The notes under the pieces are model-generated. The model did not search any database. It was not told the DNA's origin and was given only the letters and a program-made list of their open reading frames with translations. 46,239 nucleotides of DNA from Nocardioides sp. (GTDB lineage Bacteria; Actinomycetota; Actinomycetes; Propionibacteriales; Nocardioidaceae), in assembly GCA_025937085.1 (NCBI GenBank), contig JAICSC010000001.1, forward strand, positions 1 to 46,239, given 5' to 3'. Both the position numbers and the translations under genes were made by a program. How positions within the stretch are numbered: the first letter of the stretch is position 1; the number at the start of each line of letters is the position of its first letter. Positions 26,395 to 37,126 of the stretch are shown one piece after another.

Positions 26395-28107
26395 ATGCAC
26401 CTCGACATCCGCAGCCCCGACTGGTGGAAGTCGGCGGTCGTCTACCAGGTCTATCCCCGCTCGTTCGCGGACAGCGACGGTGACGGCGTCGGGGACATCC
26501 CGGGCATCACGTCGCGCCTGGACCACCTGGCGCAGCTCGGCGTCGACGTGCTGTGGCTCTCACCTGTCTACGCCTCGCCGATGGACGACAACGGCTACGA
26601 CATCAGCGACTACCAGGACATCGACCCGCTGTTCGGGAGCCTGGCGGACCTCGACGCCCTGGTGGCCGGCCTGCACGAACGCGGCATCCGGCTGGTCATG
26701 GACCTCGTCGTCAACCACACCTCCGACGAGCACCCGTGGTTCGTCGAGTCGCGGGACCCGCAGTCGCCCAGGCGGGACTGGTACTGGTGGCGGCCGGCCC
26801 GCGACGGCCACCAGCCGGGCACCGCGGGCGCCGAGCCGACGAACTGGGAGTCTGCCTTCTCCGGCTCCGCGTGGGAGTACGACGAGCGCAGCGGTGAGTA
26901 CTACCTGCACCTGTTCAGCCGCAAGCAGCCGGACCTCAACTGGGAGAACCCGGTGGTCCGCGACGCGGTCCACACCATGATGCGCTGGTGGGTCGACCGC
27001 GGGGTCGACGGGTTCCGGATGGACGTCATCAACCTGATCTCGAAGCCCGCCCGGCTCGTCGACGGGGTGCCGCCGCCGGGCCGCCGCCTGACCCCGGCGT
27101 TCCACCCGGTCGCCAACGGCCCGCGGCTGCACGAGTTCCTGCGGGAGATGAACGAGCGCGTCGGGCTCAGCGAGCGTCACCTGCTCACGGTCGGGGAGAT
27201 GCCCGGCAGCAGCGTTGCGCTGGCCCGTGACGTCACCGACCCGGCCCGTCGCGAGCTCGACATGGTCTTCACCTTCGAGCACGTGCAGCTCGACGAGGAG
27301 CCCGGCTTGGGCAAGTGGGCACTCAGACCTCTCGCGCTGCCGGTGCTCAAGGCCAACCTGGACCTCTGGCAGCGCGGGCTCGAGGAGACGGGATGGAACT
27401 CGCTCTACTGGGACAACCACGACCAGCCGCGGGCGGTGTCCCGCTTCGGTGACGACAGCCCAGCGCACCGGGTCGCCTCGGCCAAGACGCTCGCGACGGT
27501 GCTCCACCTGCACAAGGGCACGCCCTACGTCTACCAGGGTGAGGAGCTCGGCATGACGAACGCCGACTTCACCGACATCGGACCCTACCGTGACATCGAG
27601 TCGCTCGGCTTCCACGGCGACGCGACCAGCCTCGGCACGGCGCCCGACACCGTGCTCGCGGCTCTCGCCGCCAAGTCGCGGGACAACGCTCGGACGCCGA
27701 TGCAGTGGGACGACTCGGAGCACGCCGGCTTCACCGCCGGGGAGCCCTGGCTGCCGGTGAACCCCAACAAGGACGTCATCAACGCGGCCGCGGCGGTCGC
27801 CGACCCCGACTCGGTGTTCCACCACTACCGGAGGCTGATCCGGCTCAGGCGCGACGAGCCCGTGGTGGTGCACGGCCGCTTCGAGCTCCTGCTCCCCGAG
27901 CACGACCAGCTCTGGGCGTTCACCCGCACCCACGGGGACGACGTCCTGCTGGTCCTCGCGAACTGCTCCTCGCTCCCGGCGTACGTCGACCCCGTCGACG
28001 TACCGGACCGCGGCGGAGCCAAGATCCTGATCAGCACCCACGTGGAGGGGGACCCGGACCGGCTGCGCCCCTGGGAGTCGAAGGTCTACCGGCTCACCGG
28101 CGCCTGA
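26395..28107 (+). CDS. GH13 alpha-glucosidase/oligo-1,6-glucosidase
   Basis: YQVYPRSF, DLVVNH, QPDLN, GFRMDV, VGEM, DNHD. Confidence 0.95.
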   Translation: MHLDIRSPDWWKSAVVYQVYPRSFADSDGDGVGDIPGITSRLDHLAQLGVDVLWLSPVYASPMDDNGYDISDYQDIDPLFGSLADLDALVAGLHERGIRLVMDLVVNHTSDEHPWFVESRDPQSPRRDWYWWRPARDGHQPGTAGAEPTNWESAFSGSAWEYDERSGEYYLHLFSRKQPDLNWENPVVRDAVHTMMRWWVDRGVDGFRMDVINLISKPARLVDGVPPPGRRLTPAFHPVANGPRLHEFLREMNERVGLSERHLLTVGEMPGSSVALARDVTDPARRELDMVFTFEHVQLDEEPGLGKWALRPLALPVLKANLDLWQRGLEETGWNSLYWDNHDQPRAVSRFGDDSPAHRVASAKTLATVLHLHKGTPYVYQGEELGMTNADFTDIGPYRDIESLGFHGDATSLGTAPDTVLAALAAKSRDNARTPMQWDDSEHAGFTAGEPWLPVNPNKDVINAAAAVADPDSVFHHYRRLIRLRRDEPVVVHGRFELLLPEHDQLWAFTRTHGDDVLLVLANCSSLPAYVDPVDVPDRGGAKILISTHVEGDPDRLRPWESKVYRLTGA

Positions 28108-29974
28108 GCGACCGGGCGCGCTGCCTGGGCAGCCGGAACGGCGACGTGGACGCCCCCGCGCCCCGGAGCAGCGCCTCCAGGTCCGCCGCCGCCACCGGTC
28201 GGGCGTAGAAGTAGCCCTGGGCCAGCTCCGCGCCGACCTGCACAGCCGTCAGCCGGTCGATCTTGGTCTCGACACCTTCGATGACGACCTGCAGGCCGAG
28301 CGCGTGCGCCAGTGTGGTGAGGGCCGAGATCACCTCGCTGGACCGGCCGACCCCTCCATTGCTCTCGATGTGCTGACGGTCGATCTTCAAGATGTCGATC
28401 GGCAGCCGGTTCAGGTAGCTCAGCGACGAGTAGCCGGCCCCGAAGTCGTCGAGGGCCACCCGGACGCCCAGCGCCTTGAGGTCCAGCAGGACCAGCCGGG
28501 CCCGCTCCGGGTCCTCGACCAGGACGCTCTCGGTCACCTCGAGGACCAGGCGCTCGGGCACCATCGCGGTGCGGTCCAGGATCCGGCCCACCTCACCGGC
28601 GACGTCCGGAGCCATCAGCTGCACGGTCGAGATGTTGACCGCCAGGTCGAAGGCACCGTCGGGGTCGTCCTGCTGCCAGCGGACCCAGTCCCGGCAGGCC
28701 CGCTCCAGGACCCAGGCGCCGAGCTCGGACACGACCCCCGTGCGCTCGGCGACCGCGATGACGGACGCAGGAGGCATCGGGCCCTCGACGGGATGGGTCC
28801 AGCGCAGCAGCACCTCGACCGCGGAGAGCACCCCGTTGGCCGGCTCGACGATGGGCTGGTAGGCCACGTCGAGTCCCTTGCCGGTCAGGGCCGCCCGCAG
28901 GTCCCGGCCGAGGGCCACGCTTCGACCTCGCGAGGGCAGGCTGTCCAGATCGGACGTGGCGCGACCGAGCGCGCTCTCGCGCTTGATCTGGTACATCGCC
29001 TGGTCCGCCTCGGCGATCAGTGCCCCGGAGACGAGGTCCCCGGGGCCCGCGTAGGCGACTCCCACGCTGGCCGAGATGGAGACGCTCACGCCGTCGAGGG
29101 TGAACGGCGGGTCGAACGAGCGTCGGATGCGCTCGGAGACCCGGTCCACGTCGGACTGGTCGCGCAGGTCCTCGCAGAGCAGGACGAACTCGTCGCCGTA
29201 CACCCGGGCCAGGGTGTCCCCGGGGCGTACCACGTCGGTGAGCCGCACCCCCACCGCCCTGAGCAGCTCGTCGCCCATGTCGTGGCCGTAGGTGTCGTTG
29301 ATGCTCTTGAACCTGTCCAGGTCGACGAACAGCACCGCGGCAGGGGCGTGCGAGCGACGGGCGCGCTCGGCGGCGTGGTCGATGCGCTGGAGCAGCAGCA
29401 TCCGGTTGGGCAGACCCGTGAGGGCGTCGTGACTGGCGAGATGGCGCATCTGGTCGGAGCTCTGGTGAGCCTCCTCGCGGGTCCGTGCGTTGAGCAGGTA
29501 CGCCGTGGCCACGTTGGCGAGCGTCTGTGCCGCGGACATCGCGTCGGCCGACAGGGACCCCACGGACTCGTTGTAGAGGTCCAGAGCACCGAGCCGGACC
29601 CGGCCATGGTTGAGCGGGAAGGCGAACACCGACCCGAGTCCCGCCTGCGAGGCGGCGGTCGCGAACCGGGGGAACCGCTCCTCCACCGACAGGTCCGCCA
29701 CCGAGACCGCCGCGCCCGAGCCGTGGGCCAGGACGCAGGGCCCGTCCGACAGCTCCGTCTGCAGCCTCTCGAACCGCAGGGCCGCGTCGTTCGACGCGGC
29801 GACGAGATGGGGGTGCCCGTCCTCCTCGATGAGGGTGACCCCCGCGGAGGTGACCGGCACGACGTGGACGATCTGACGGACGAGGTGGTCGAGGATGGAG
29901 GCGATCGAGAAGTCCGTCGCGATGGTGTAGGCGAACTCGCTCAGGACAGCCGACAACTGCCGGTCGTCGACCAT
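28094..29974 (-). CDS. GAF-GGDEF-EAL protein
   Basis: HDALTGLPNR, DLDRFK, RVYGDEF; EVLLRW, DDFGAGYSS, EGVE. Start approximate. Confidence 0.92.
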   Translation of the reverse strand: MVDDRQLSAVLSEFAYTIATDFSIASILDHLVRQIVHVVPVTSAGVTLIEEDGHPHLVAASNDAALRFERLQTELSDGPCVLAHGSGAAVSVADLSVEERFPRFATAASQAGLGSVFAFPLNHGRVRLGALDLYNESVGSLSADAMSAAQTLANVATAYLLNARTREEAHQSSDQMRHLASHDALTGLPNRMLLLQRIDHAAERARRSHAPAAVLFVDLDRFKSINDTYGHDMGDELLRAVGVRLTDVVRPGDTLARVYGDEFVLLCEDLRDQSDVDRVSERIRRSFDPPFTLDGVSVSISASVGVAYAGPGDLVSGALIAEADQAMYQIKRESALGRATSDLDSLPSRGRSVALGRDLRAALTGKGLDVAYQPIVEPANGVLSAVEVLLRWTHPVEGPMPPASVIAVAERTGVVSELGAWVLERACRDWVRWQQDDPDGAFDLAVNISTVQLMAPDVAGEVGRILDRTAMVPERLVLEVTESVLVEDPERARLVLLDLKALGVRVALDDFGAGYSSLSYLNRLPIDILKIDRQHIESNGGVGRSSEVISALTTLAHALGLQVVIEGVETKIDRLTAVQVGAELAQGYFYARPVAAADLEALLRGAGASTSPFRLPRQRARSLRRR

Positions 29975-30138
29975 TCCCGGTCCCTTCATGGCGCGTCCTC
30001 GTGCCGCCCCGCGCGTGGTCTGGACGGGCGCTCTCGTGAGCGTGGCTACGAGCCTACGCCGTCCAGTCCCACTCGATGGCCTTCTCGCGCAGGCTGGGCG
30101 CGGCAGGAGGCGACGGAGCCCCGGCCGGAGCTGTCTCC

Positions 30139-30795
30139 TCACACGTCCTGGTTCGGTACCCCCGTGAGCCCCGCCTGGGTGCAGTGCTTCTCCAGGTAGC
30201 TGGTCACGAAGGCGATGGTCTCCTCGATGACACGGCAGTCGCCGTCGAAGGAGTCCTCGAAGGCGACCTGGAACAACCGGTCGGCCGCCTCGGTGGCGAG
30301 CTCGACGTAGAGGCCGGTGTCGGGGTCGGTCACCATGTCGAACCGGCACGCCATCTTGAACAGGTCGCTGGCGACCCGGCGGTTGTGCTCGCGGCAGAAG
30401 GCGTTGATCCTCGGGTTGGTGCGGCCACGTAGCCAGATGACGACGAACGCCGGACAGCGGCGGTAGACCTCCGCGTGCGTCCGCATGGTGGTCTCCACGA
30501 TCAGACGCACACTGAGCACCGGGAGAGTGGCGAGCCGCTCGTCCATCAGCTCGTCGATCTGGGCGAGGTCCCGCTGGACCAGGGCGAGCAGCACCTGCTC
30601 CTTGTCCGCGAAGTACTGGTACAGCGACGCCACCGGGATCCCGGCGGCGGCCGCGATGGCCCGGGTGTTCGCCGCCTCGACACCGTGGGAGACGACCAGG
30701 TCCGCGGTCGCCTCCAGGATCCTCTCGACGCGGTCGCGGCTCCGCTCCTGCTGTGGTGTGCGCCGTTTCAGTGGTGCGCGGACTTCGTGCGGCAT
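30139..30795 (-). CDS. TetR/AcrR-family regulator
   Basis: RILEAT...AIAAAAGIPVASLYQYFADK. Confidence 0.92.
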   Translation of the reverse strand: MPHEVRAPLKRRTPQQERSRDRVERILEATADLVVSHGVEAANTRAIAAAAGIPVASLYQYFADKEQVLLALVQRDLAQIDELMDERLATLPVLSVRLIVETTMRTHAEVYRRCPAFVVIWLRGRTNPRINAFCREHNRRVASDLFKMACRFDMVTDPDTGLYVELATEAADRLFQVAFEDSFDGDCRVIEETIAFVTSYLEKHCTQAGLTGVPNQDV

Positions 30796-30836
30796 GGTTC
30801 CCCCGTCTTCACAGGTCCCGAGGACCTCCACGGTCC

Positions 30837-31382
30837 CTACGACCCGATGAGCTCGACGAGTCTGGCGTTGAAGGCCGGCAGGTCGTCGGGCTTGCGGCTG
30901 GTGAGGAGGTTGCCGTCGACGACGACCTCCTCGTCGACCCAGGTGCCCCCGGCGTTGCGTACGTCGGTCTGGAGGCTCGGCCACGACGTGAGGGTCCGAC
31001 CCTCGAGCACACCGGCCTCGATGAGGGTCCACGGCGCGTGGCAGATCGCGGCGACCGGCTTGCCCGACTCCACGAAGGCCCGCACGAAGTCGACCGCTCC
31101 CTTGTCGGTGCGCAGCGCGTCGGGGTTCGCAACCCCGCCCGGCAGGACCAGAGCGTCGTACGACGCCGGGTCCGCCTGACCGACGGCCTCGTCGACCTCG
31201 AACGTGTCACCCTTGTCGAGGTGCCGGAAGGCCTGCACCGTGCCGGTCTCCGGCGAGAGGAGCCGCGGGGTCCCGCCGGCCTCCTCGACGGCCTTCCAAG
31301 GCTCCGTCAGCTCCACCTGCTCGATGCCCTCCGTGGCCACCAGGAACGCCACTGTCGTGCCGGTGATGTCGGGCGCGGTCAT
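30837..31382 (-). CDS. PfpI/DJ-1 family (type 1 glutamine amidotransferase-like) protein
   Basis: GIEQVEL, LVLPGG, AAICHAPW, TSRKPDD; AAAGGAG RBS. Confidence 0.93.
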   Translation of the reverse strand: MTAPDITGTTVAFLVATEGIEQVELTEPWKAVEEAGGTPRLLSPETGTVQAFRHLDKGDTFEVDEAVGQADPASYDALVLPGGVANPDALRTDKGAVDFVRAFVESGKPVAAICHAPWTLIEAGVLEGRTLTSWPSLQTDVRNAGGTWVDEEVVVDGNLLTSRKPDDLPAFNARLVELIGS

Positions 31383-31499
31383 GATGGGACTCCTTTCGTT
31401 GATGCTTGAATGCTGTGTTACCAGAGCCACCGGCAGGCAAACCTGCGTTTCGCGCGGGCGCGTGTGGGTGGACGTGACCGACAAGGGGGTGGGTCGTCG

Positions 31500-32645
31500 G
31501 TGTTCTCGGCGCGGGAGCTGCGCCCGCTCGTAGGTTCCGCGGTGCGCGATCCGGTGCGCTGGACCGAGCTGATCCAGCTGGTCAAGACAGCCGTGGCCGC
31601 GGTGGCCGCCTGGGTCGTCGCCTTCGACGTCCTCGGGCTCCAGCAGGCGTTCCTGGCACCGTGGGCGGCGCTGCTGGTCGTGCACGCGACCGTCTACCGG
31701 ACCTTCTCACGAGGGGTCCAGCAGGTGAGCGGGGCCGTCCTCGGGGTGCTGCTGGCGTGGGTCGTCGGCCACTTCCTGGGGCTCAGCCCGGTTTCGGTCT
31801 CGGTGCTGCTGGTCGCCGGCCTGTTCGTCGGTGCGCTTCGCTGGTTCCGCGACGAGAGCACCGCGGTCGCCGCCACCGCGCTGATCGTGCTGACCACCGG
31901 TGCCACCACCCGTGACCTGGTGCTGCTGGACCGGCTCCTGGACACCGCGATCGGGGTCGCTGTCGGGCTGGTCGTCAACCTCGCCGTCTGGCCGCCGCTG
32001 CGCGACTACGCCGCCGTCCGAGCGATCGACGCCATCGACGACGCGGTCGGGGAGCTGCTGTGCGACATGGCCGAGGAGCTGAGCGGCGCGTGCGACGAGT
32101 CGGCGGCGACCCGGTGGGTGGACCGCACCCGCGACCTGGACGACGAGATCGAGCGGGCCTGGGCGTTGCTCCGGCAGGCCCGGGAGAGCAGCCGCCTCAA
32201 CCCCCGCCGGGCAGCGGCCGGGGTGCGCAGGAGCGCGGTGCTCGACGACGTGCTGCGCGACAACGAGCAGGCCGTCGCGGAGACCAGGAGCATCGCGCGG
32301 ACCCTCGGCCACAGCATCGACAACGTCGTCGAGTGGGAGCCGGTGTTCCGGACCGGCTGGCTCCGGCTACTGCGAGAGGCCGGCACCGCCATCCTGGCGC
32401 CGGACTCCGTCCGGGTCGCCGCCGTGCGTGCCGACCTCAACCTGCTCGTCGAGGAGCTCAGCACCGCGGACCTCTCTGCCCGGCACTGGCCGGAGTACGG
32501 CGCGCTGATCATGAACCTGCGCAACGTGGTGACGGCGATGAGCCGCGTTGCGGAGCAGAACCCAGTCGTGCTGAAGCGCTACGAGCGGCGCCGGGGCCGG
32601 GCGAGCAGGGTCCGGCCGCCGGTGGAGCGGCCGCTCAGGGAATGA
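31500..32645 (+). CDS. FUSC/aromatic acid exporter-like membrane protein
   Basis: [10 protein letters not shown]...[27 protein letters not shown]; hydrophobic N-half and helical C-half. Confidence 0.8.
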   Translation: MFSARELRPLVGSAVRDPVRWTELIQLVKTAVAAVAAWVVAFDVLGLQQAFLAPWAALLVVHATVYRTFSRGVQQVSGAVLGVLLAWVVGHFLGLSPVSVSVLLVAGLFVGALRWFRDESTAVAATALIVLTTGATTRDLVLLDRLLDTAIGVAVGLVVNLAVWPPLRDYAAVRAIDAIDDAVGELLCDMAEELSGACDESAATRWVDRTRDLDDEIERAWALLRQARESSRLNPRRAAAGVRRSAVLDDVLRDNEQAVAETRSIARTLGHSIDNVVEWEPVFRTGWLRLLREAGTAILAPDSVRVAAVRADLNLLVEELSTADLSARHWPEYGALIMNLRNVVTAMSRVAEQNPVVLKRYERRRGRASRVRPPVERPLRE

Positions 32646-33861
32646 CCAGCTGGTCCTTGGCGAGGGCGACGACCCCGTTGTCGCTGACCGTGAAGCCGCG
32701 CCGCAGGTCCTCGTCGGCGTCGACGCCGATCGTGACGCCGTCGGGCACGATCACGTTCTTGTCGAGGATGGCGTTGCGGACGATGCAGCCTCTGCCGATC
32801 GACACGTTGTCGAAGATGACGCTGCGCTCGACCTTGGCGCCGCCGCCGACGTACACGTTCGAGCCGATCACCGAGCTGTCCACGTTGGCCCCGGACACGA
32901 TCGACCCGCCGCAGACGATGGTGTCGCGGGCGAACGCGTTCTCGACGAACTTCGCGCCGGGCAGCTGCGGGTGCGAGGTGAAGATCGGCCAGTCGGTGTT
33001 GTAGAGGTTGAAGACCGGCTCGACCGCGACCAGGTCCAGGTGCGCGTCGTGGTAGGAGTCGAGGGTCCCGACGTCGCGCCAGTAGTCCCGGTCGCGGACC
33101 GTCGCGCCGGGGACCACGTTGCGCTTGAAGTCGTAGACGGCGGCCTGCTTCTGCTCGACCAGCATCGGGATGATGTCGCCGCCCATGTCGTGTCGGGACT
33201 CCGGGTTCGCGGCGTCCTTCTCGAGGGCGTCGACGAGTGCGTCGGCGGTGAACACGTAGTTGCCCATCGAGGCGTATGACTCCTCGGGGGAGTCGGGCAG
33301 GCCGGGCGGGTCGGCCGGCTTCTCGAGCCACTCCTCGATCGTCACGCCGTCGTCGGCTGCCTTGATCACGCCGAACTGCCAGGCTTCCTTGCGAGGCACG
33401 CGGATGCCGGCGACGGTGACTCCCGCACCGGAGTCGACGTGTGCCTGCACCATCTGCGAGGCGTCCATGCGGTAGACGTGGTCGGCGCCGAAGACCACGA
33501 TGATGTCGGGGTTCGCGTCGTTGATCAGGTTCATCGACTGGTAGATGGCGTCGGCGCTGCCGGCGTACCACTGCGGACCGCGCCGCTGCTGGGCCGGCAC
33601 CGGGGTGACGTAGTTGCCGAGCAGCGTCGACATCCGCCAGGTCACGGAGATGTGCCGGTCGAGGGAGTGGGACTTGTACTGCGTCAGCACCGCACAGCGC
33701 AGGTAGCCGGCATTGACCAGGTTCGAGAGCGCGAAGTCGATGAGCCGGTAGCTGCCTCCGAACGGCACGGCGGGCTTGGCCCGGTCGTGCGTCAGGGGCA
33801 TCAGCCGCTTGCCTTCGCCCCCGGCTAGAACGATCGCCAGCACCTTCGGCATGTTGTCCAC
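32635..33861 (-). CDS. glgC: Glucose-1-phosphate adenylyltransferase
   Basis: [39 protein letters not shown]. Confidence 0.97.
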   Translation of the reverse strand: MDNMPKVLAIVLAGGEGKRLMPLTHDRAKPAVPFGGSYRLIDFALSNLVNAGYLRCAVLTQYKSHSLDRHISVTWRMSTLLGNYVTPVPAQQRRGPQWYAGSADAIYQSMNLINDANPDIIVVFGADHVYRMDASQMVQAHVDSGAGVTVAGIRVPRKEAWQFGVIKAADDGVTIEEWLEKPADPPGLPDSPEESYASMGNYVFTADALVDALEKDAANPESRHDMGGDIIPMLVEQKQAAVYDFKRNVVPGATVRDRDYWRDVGTLDSYHDAHLDLVAVEPVFNLYNTDWPIFTSHPQLPGAKFVENAFARDTIVCGGSIVSGANVDSSVIGSNVYVGGGAKVERSVIFDNVSIGRGCIVRNAILDKNVIVPDGVTIGVDADEDLRRGFTVSDNGVVALAKDQLVIP

Positions 33862-33976
33862 ACTCCCGTCCGCGCCGTCCCGGGTCCGTTTCCCGGTCCG
33901 TTGAGGTCGACCCTAGGGCAGCCGGTCCCGCACGACCACATTCCCTGGGCAGTGATTCCCTGGTATGACTTCCTCC

Positions 33977-35140
33977 ATGCGCGCCTCGATCCTGACCCGT
34001 GAGTTCCCGCCCGACGTGTACGGCGGTGCCGGCGTGCACGTCGACTTCCTGGTGCGCGAGCTGCGCAAGCTCATCGACGTGGACGTCCAGGCGATGGGTG
34101 AGCCGCGCGAGGGCGCGACCGCGCACACCGAGAAGGAGGAGCGGCTCGCCGGCGCGAACTCCGCGCTCCAGGTGCTCTCCACGGACGTGGCGATGACGGC
34201 TGCGGTGGGGGCCGCGGGAGGCGTGGACGTCGTGCACTCCCACACGTGGTACGCGAACATGGCCGGTCACTGGGCCAAGCTGCTCTACGACGTACCGCAC
34301 GTGGTCAGTGCGCACAGTCTCGAGCCGCTGCGGCCCTGGAAAGCCGAGCAGCTCGGGGGCGGCTACCGGATCTCCTCGTGGGCCGAGCGGACGGCCTACG
34401 AGGCCGCGGACGCGGTCATCGCGGTCAGCAACGGGATGCGCGGGGACATCCTCGCGTGCTACCCGCAGCTCGAGGAGAAGAAGCTGCACGTCATCTACAA
34501 CGGCATCGACACCGAGTTCTACCACCCCGACCCGGACCGCTCGGTGCTGGAGCGGATCGGCGTCGACCCGTCCCGTCCCTACGTCGCGTTCGTCGGCCGG
34601 ATCACCCGGCAGAAGGGCGTGCCGCACCTGCTGCGCGCCGGGCTCGCCTTCGACCGCGACCTGCAGATCGTGCTGCTCGCCGGGGCCGCGGACACGCCGG
34701 AGCTCAAGGCGGAGACGGACGCGCTGATCGCTGACCTGAAGGCCGAGCGCGACGGGGTCTTCGTGGTCTCGGAGATGCTGCCTCGTGACCAGGTCCGCCA
34801 GGTCCTCACCGGCGCCCTCTCGTTCCTCTGTCCGTCGGTCTACGAGCCGCTGGGCATCGTCAACCTGGAGGCGATGGCCTGCGAGACGGCTGTGGTGGCG
34901 AGCAACGTGGGCGGCATCCCCGAGGTGGTGATGGACGGGGAGACCGGCATCATCGTGCCCTACGACGCCGATGACCCCGCCGGTTTCGAGCGCGGCATCG
35001 CGGAGGGTGTCAACCGGTTGGCCGCCGACCACGAGCTGGCGACGCGGTTCGGCCGGGCCGGTCGCGAGCGAGCCGTCACGTCGTTCGCCTGGGACGCGAT
35101 CGCCACGCAGACGGTCGAGCTGTACCAGTCTCTGCTCTGA
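33977..35140 (+). CDS. glgA: Actinobacterial GlgA/GlgM (GT4; maltose-1-phosphate/glycogen synthase)
   Basis: TREFPPDVYGGAGVHV, HSHTWY, RITRQKG, YEPLGIVNLEAM; divergent from glgC. Confidence 0.95.
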   Translation: MRASILTREFPPDVYGGAGVHVDFLVRELRKLIDVDVQAMGEPREGATAHTEKEERLAGANSALQVLSTDVAMTAAVGAAGGVDVVHSHTWYANMAGHWAKLLYDVPHVVSAHSLEPLRPWKAEQLGGGYRISSWAERTAYEAADAVIAVSNGMRGDILACYPQLEEKKLHVIYNGIDTEFYHPDPDRSVLERIGVDPSRPYVAFVGRITRQKGVPHLLRAGLAFDRDLQIVLLAGAADTPELKAETDALIADLKAERDGVFVVSEMLPRDQVRQVLTGALSFLCPSVYEPLGIVNLEAMACETAVVASNVGGIPEVVMDGETGIIVPYDADDPAGFERGIAEGVNRLAADHELATRFGRAGRERAVTSFAWDAIATQTVELYQSLL

Positions 35141-35359
35141 CGCCCCACCCTCTCGAGACTGTCCCGATTGCTTGACCATTTTCCGGCAATCGTCCGGCGT
35201 CTCCGAGCGTCCGCAGTACAAGTTTCGCCGTCCGGGGCTGAGGCGGCTTGCCGTGACCTCCCCGTTATCGGAGACTGTAACCGGTCAGTAGGTGACCACC
35301 GGCCGCGCGGATGGTGCCACCGGTGCGTCCGGGGGACACGGAACCAGAAGGGATCTTCG

Positions 35360-36274
35360 ATGCGGGTAGCGGTGATCGGCGCCACCGGGGTGATCGGCAG
35401 GTCCGTCGTACCGACGCTGCTGGAGGCCGGGCACGACGTCGTCGGGCTGACCCGCACCCCGGAGAAGGCCGGCCTCCTGACCCGCCTCGGCGCCGAGCCG
35501 TCAGCAACGACGTCGATGGACCACCAGGAGCTCGTCGGCCTGTTCGACGGCGCCGACGCGGTCTGCAACTTCGCCACGTGCGTGCCCGTCGGCCTCGCCG
35601 CCCTGCGCCCGCACGCCTGGGCGGCGAACGACCGGCTGCGGACCGTCGGGGTGCGGCGGGTCGTCGAGGCGGCCCGCGACGCTCGGGTGCGGCGCATCGT
35701 CCAGGAGAGCGTCTCCTTCCTGTACGCCGACCAGGGCGACCTGGTGGTGACCGAGGAGTCACCGGTGGCGATCACGCCCGCCACCGAGCCCGCGTCGGTC
35801 GGGGAGTCGGTCGTCCAGGGCTACTCCTGCGGGTCCCGAACCGGGGTGGTGCTCCGGTTCGGCACCCTCGTGGCTGACGACCCCGGCAGCCGTCTGCGGC
35901 TCCGCTCCGCCGGACCTGGACACGCGCTCGGGCCCGGCTCGCCCGACGGGTGGGCGCACGTGGTGCACGTCGAGGACGTCGGGCCGGCGGTGCTCGCTGC
36001 GTTGGGAGTGCCGAGCGGCATCTACAACGTGGGGGCCGAGCCGGTCCGGCGCGCCGACCTGATGGCCGGCCTGGCTGCTGGGGCCGGCCGTGACGGAGTC
36101 GACTTCGTCGGTCCGTTGCTGCGCCGGCTCGGGGGTGTCCGGCTCGAGCCGCTCGGGCGATCGCTGCGCGTCAGCTCCCAGCTGTTCACCTCGACGAGCG
36201 GCTGGACCCCGGCTCGCGTTCGCTTCGACGCCTCCTGGTTCTCGGCCGCCCAGCCCAGTGAGGCGCTGCGGTGA
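35360..36274 (+). CDS. NAD-dependent epimerase/dehydratase family protein
   Basis: VIGATGVIG Rossmann motif, LRFG, VHVEDV, GIYNV. Confidence 0.88.
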   Translation: MRVAVIGATGVIGRSVVPTLLEAGHDVVGLTRTPEKAGLLTRLGAEPSATTSMDHQELVGLFDGADAVCNFATCVPVGLAALRPHAWAANDRLRTVGVRRVVEAARDARVRRIVQESVSFLYADQGDLVVTEESPVAITPATEPASVGESVVQGYSCGSRTGVVLRFGTLVADDPGSRLRLRSAGPGHALGPGSPDGWAHVVHVEDVGPAVLAALGVPSGIYNVGAEPVRRADLMAGLAAGAGRDGVDFVGPLLRRLGGVRLEPLGRSLRVSSQLFTSTSGWTPARVRFDASWFSAAQPSEALR

Positions 36275-36543
36275 GCGAGCCGACCGGCCGCCCCTCCGAC
36301 CGGCCGGATGCCAGGGCCCAGGCCGAGCACCGCCGCCGCCGGGCTGCCGTCTTCGGTCAGTGCATCCCGTCCGACGAGGCCACCGACCCGGCTGACCTCG
36401 CTGACCTGGCCGGCTCGGGCATCGCAGCGGGCTCCGGTGACCCAGCGGGCTCCGGTGACCCAGCGGGCTCCGGTGACCCAGCGGGCTCGGATGCCGCGGC
36501 CGATGAGTGGCTGCGCAGCCAGGTGCCGCCCCACCACGGCTGA
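36271..36543 (+). CDS. Small hypothetical protein ending in WLRSQVPPHHG
   Basis: GTGA overlap with the upstream gene; RRRAAVFG...PPHHG pattern. Confidence 0.65.
   Translation: MSEPTGRPSDRPDARAQAEHRRRRAAVFGQCIPSDEATDPADLADLAGSGIAAGSGDPAGSGDPAGSGDPAGSDAAADEWLRSQVPPHHG
36425..36488 (+). repeat. 18-bp in-frame tandem repeat, 3.5 copies
   Basis: CAGCGGGCTCCGGTGACC x3 plus a partial copy; encodes AGSGDP. Confidence 0.95.
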
Positions 36544-36562
36544 CCATGCCCCACCCCCTGTC

Positions 36563-36677
36563 GAGTCGGCGCATCCGCAGGCCGAAACGGTGCCGAGTCG
36601 GCGCATCCGCTGGCCGAAACGGTGCCGAGTCGGCGCATCCGCTGGCCGAAACGGTGCCGAGTCGGCGCATCCGCAGG
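36563..36677 (+). repeat. 32-bp intergenic tandem repeat, 3.6 copies
   Basis: GAGTCGGCGCATCCGC(A/T)GGCCGAAACGGTGCC. Confidence 0.95.
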
Positions 36678-36692
36678 AAGGAGGCCGAGACG

Positions 36693-37091
36693 TCAGGTGA
36701 GGCCGCCGCCTCCACGTACGTTGGAGGTGCCGGGCCGACCAGCAAGCAGGTCGCGGATCTCGGTGAGCAGGGCGATGTCCGGAGCCGGCGACGCCGGCTC
36801 CTCACCCCGCGCCATCCGCGCCTGCAGCTTGTTGTAGGGCGTCACCACGAAGAAGTAGATGACGGCCGACACGATGAGGAACGCGATCACGGCGTTGAGG
36901 AACCTCCCCACGTTGACGTCGGCGATGGAGACGCTGCCGAAGTCGGGTTGGCCACCGATCTTGCTGATGAAGCTCATCAGCACGTTGGTGAACGTCGTCA
37001 CCACGCTGGCGAAGGCGCCTCCCACGATGAACGCGACGGCGAGCTCGATGAGGTTGCCGCGCATGATGAAGTCCTTGAAGCCTTTGAGCAT
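36693..37091 (-). CDS. mscL: Large-conductance mechanosensitive channel
   Basis: MLKGFKDFIMRGNLIELAVAFIVG...LLTEIRDLL. Confidence 0.96.
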   Translation of the reverse strand: MLKGFKDFIMRGNLIELAVAFIVGGAFASVVTTFTNVLMSFISKIGGQPDFGSVSIADVNVGRFLNAVIAFLIVSAVIYFFVVTPYNKLQARMARGEEPASPAPDIALLTEIRDLLAGRPGTSNVRGGGGLT

Positions 37092-37126
37092 TGGAGACCC
37101 CTCGGCCGGTTCGTTGGGCTGCCACG

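Noticed and set aside
32579-35221. 880-aa minus-strand ORF (also 28304-30199, 38288-41119, 43091-45319 and similar)
   Set aside because: Shadow or alternate frames of well-supported genes in high-GC DNA; no recognisable motifs.
35141-35359. Possible riboswitch or leader before the epimerase
   Set aside because: No recognisable conserved RNA motif or convincing structure by eye.
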